A stretch of DNA of 64,000 nucleotides from NCBI GenBank assembly GCA_965206845.1, contig OZ242221.1, positions 1,216,001 to 1,280,000 on the forward strand. The letters run 5' to 3'. Each line of letters starts with the position of its first letter. Within the stretch, counting starts at the first letter, position 1. The stretch is from Cenarchaeum sp. Its GTDB lineage: Archaea; Thermoproteota; Nitrososphaeria; Nitrososphaerales; Nitrosopumilaceae. Both the position numbers and the translations under genes were made by a program. This document shows, piece by piece, positions 61,850-64,000 of this stretch. The notes under the pieces were generated by a model. It did no database searches. It was not told the origin of the DNA and worked only from the letters and a program-made list of their open reading frames with translations.

Positions 61850-63336
61850 TTAAATTGATCGAGAAAGTTCTTATCGCAAACAGAGGCGAGATTGCCCTCC
61901 GGGTAATCCGAACCTGCCGGGCGCTTGACGTCAAGACCGTGGCCGTCTTCTCAGACGAGGACTATGACTCCATGCACGTCAAGCAGGCAACAGAGGCGTA
62001 CCACATAGGCGAGGGCGCGCCGGCAAAGTCGTACCTGAACCAGGAGAAGATACTTGACGTGATACTCTCGTCGGGCGCCGACGCGGTGCACCCGGGGTAT
62101 GGATTCCTCTCCGAGAATGACGACTTTGCACTGGCATGCGAGAAGCGCGGCATCAACTTCATCGGCCCCGCCGCTGACTCGATGAGGCTCTGCGGCGACA
62201 AGATGGGATGCAAGGCGGCAATGCTCAAGGCCAGCATCCCCACGGTGCCCGGAAGCCCGGATCTTGTCAAGGATGCAGACGAGGCTGCCGGGATTGCAAG
62301 CGAGATCGGCTATCCGGTGCTGCTCAAGTCGGTGTACGGCGGCGGCGGACGCGGAATCCGACTTGTAAACAGCGAAGGGGATCTGCGGGATGCCTTTGAT
62401 ACCGTGACAGCCGAGTCCATAGCTGCCGTGGGCAAGTCCGCAATCCTGGTGGAGAAGTTCCTCCAGAAGACCCGCCACATCGAGTTTCAAATGGCCCGTG
62501 ACAGCCGCGGCAACGCAGTCCACATATTTGAGAGGGAGTGCTCCATCCAGCGCCGCAACCAGAAGCTCATCGAGCAGACACCGTCCCCGGTGATGGATCA
62601 GGAGACCCGGGACAGGATAGGCGAACTAGTGGTTCGTGCAGCCAACGCCGTGGACTACACCAACCTGGGCACCGCGGAGTTTCTGCGCGCCGACTCGGGG
62701 GACTTTTACTTTATCGAGATCAACGCCCGCCTTCAGGTCGAGCACCCGATCACCGAACTCGTGTCGGGCCTGGATCTGGTCAAGCTCCAGCTGGACATCG
62801 CCAACGGCGAGCCTCTCCCCTTCAAGCAGAAGGATCTCGTGATGAACGGGTACGCCATAGAGTGCAGAATAAACGCCGAGGACACGTTTCTGGACTTTGC
62901 CCCCTCGACCGGTCCCGTGCCTGATGTGACCGTGCCCTCGGGGCCCGGCGTGCGGTGCGACACGTATCTGTATCCCGGATGCACCGTATCATCGTTCTAC
63001 GACTCACTGATGGCCAAGCTGTGCACCTGGGGCCAGACCTTTGAGGAGTCCAGACTGAGAATGCTGGGCGCGCTCAGGGACTTTTACATATCCGGCGTCG
63101 AGACATCGATTCCGTTGTACCGAACGATTCTGGACACCGAGGAGTACAAACGCGGCCAGCTCACCACCGACTTCCTGAAGCGGTACGGCATTATAGACCG
63201 GCTGTCTGCAGACATCAAGTCCAGAGTGCGGGAGGGCGCCAATGCGGCCCTGGCAGCGGCAATAATCCACTCCGAGTATCTGGGAGCCAGGGTTGATGCC
63301 CCTGCACCAAACCCGTGGAGGTACGCACCTGGGTAG
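61846..63336 (+). CDS. accC: Biotin carboxylase
   Basis: ANRGEIA, HPGYGFLSEN, ERECSIQRR, RLQVEH motifs. Confidence 0.96.
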   Translation: MIKLIEKVLIANRGEIALRVIRTCRALDVKTVAVFSDEDYDSMHVKQATEAYHIGEGAPAKSYLNQEKILDVILSSGADAVHPGYGFLSENDDFALACEKRGINFIGPAADSMRLCGDKMGCKAAMLKASIPTVPGSPDLVKDADEAAGIASEIGYPVLLKSVYGGGGRGIRLVNSEGDLRDAFDTVTAESIAAVGKSAILVEKFLQKTRHIEFQMARDSRGNAVHIFERECSIQRRNQKLIEQTPSPVMDQETRDRIGELVVRAANAVDYTNLGTAEFLRADSGDFYFIEINARLQVEHPITELVSGLDLVKLQLDIANGEPLPFKQKDLVMNGYAIECRINAEDTFLDFAPSTGPVPDVTVPSGPGVRCDTYLYPGCTVSSFYDSLMAKLCTWGQTFEESRLRMLGALRDFYISGVETSIPLYRTILDTEEYKRGQLTTDFLKRYGIIDRLSADIKSRVREGANAALAAAIIHSEYLGARVDAPAPNPWRYAPG

Positions 63337-63340
63337 TGAC

Positions 63341-63850
63341 ATGGATTACAAGATAGAAGACGTCGGAACCTTTGCCGGCAGCATAGTGAAGAACCTCGGC
63401 AGCGGAAGCTACACAATCAGGATCAACGACACCGAGCACTCGTTGAAGATAATTAGCATGGATGCCAGGGGGGTTGAGTTTGTGCTGGATCGGGGCTACC
63501 ACCGGGCGGTGTACCTGGAGAGATCCACTGCCGAGTTTGGCATCAATGTGGATGGCACCACGGTAAAGGTGGGAATGCACCCGGATCTGGACGCCATAGT
63601 GTACAAGAACTCCGGCGCCGGCGGACAGGCAAACTCACAGCTGGTATTGAGGAGCCAGATACCTGGCAAGGTGGTCTCGATTGCAGTCGATGTGGGCACG
63701 ATGGTGGAGAAGGGCGACGTAGTCTGCACTTTGGAGTCCATGAAGATGCAGGTGGGCATCAAGGCACACAAGGCGGGTACCGTAAAGTCCATCAAGGCCA
63801 GTGTCGGCAACAGCGTCGCCAAGAACGACACCATCGCCGAGATCGAGTAA
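63341..63850 (+). CDS. accB: Biotin carboxyl carrier protein
   Basis: ESMKM biotinylation motif. Confidence 0.93.
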   Translation: MDYKIEDVGTFAGSIVKNLGSGSYTIRINDTEHSLKIISMDARGVEFVLDRGYHRAVYLERSTAEFGINVDGTTVKVGMHPDLDAIVYKNSGAGGQANSQLVLRSQIPGKVVSIAVDVGTMVEKGDVVCTLESMKMQVGIKAHKAGTVKSIKASVGNSVAKNDTIAEIE

Positions 63851-63887
63851 AAACAGATTCAAATAAAACCGGTATTGGGCGCGTGCC

Positions 63888-64000
63888 CTAGCCGCTCTTC
63901 AGATATCTTTTGATCTCTTCATAGTCTGGCTCGTTTAGCGGACTCTCCGAGACCCACTTGTATCCGATCCTGCCGTCCTCGTCTATGATAAAGACCGATC
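63888..64000 (-). CDS. Peroxiredoxin family protein (C-terminal part; runs off the window)
   Basis: SVFIIDEDGRIGYKWVSESPLNEPDYEEI. Confidence 0.7.
   Translation of the reverse strand, partial: SVFIIDEDGRIGYKWVSESPLNEPDYEEIKRYLKSG

Overview
Archaeal DNA, most likely from a GC-rich, IS-rich ammonia-oxidising archaeon (Nitrosopumilaceae/Thaumarchaeota). This is inferred from the PEFG-CTERM tail, F420 genes, a spc tail without L34e/L14e, Sec61beta, Cbf5 and the acetyl/propionyl-CoA carboxylase; a host-associated lifestyle is only an inference. Core genes: sufBD, hemL-hemC-cobA-hemD, cofC/cofD/cofE, TFB, SUI1, rpl18-rps5-rpl30-rpl15-secY-adk-EMC3-cmk-cbf5, an intron-containing tRNA-Ser(GGA), korAB and pccB-accC-accB. 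Mobile DNA: two ISH3-like elements, two IS481-like elements, an IS5-like element plus a remnant, an IS110 fragment inside IS5-type ends, and five copies of a 137-138 bp MITE, two of which interrupt the ISH3 transposases. Best candidates for undescribed biology: (1) a 1035-aa exported protein fusing a small two-Cys module, three Cache-like sensor domains and a vanadium-haloperoxidase-like domain; (2) a coupled operon of two thymidylate-kinase-like genes plus a CHAD gene, a possible non-canonical polyphosphate kinase; (3) an exported protein with about 22 Met/Asp decapeptide repeats inserted inside the same two-Cys module. All family assignments come from motifs recognised by eye; no searches were run.
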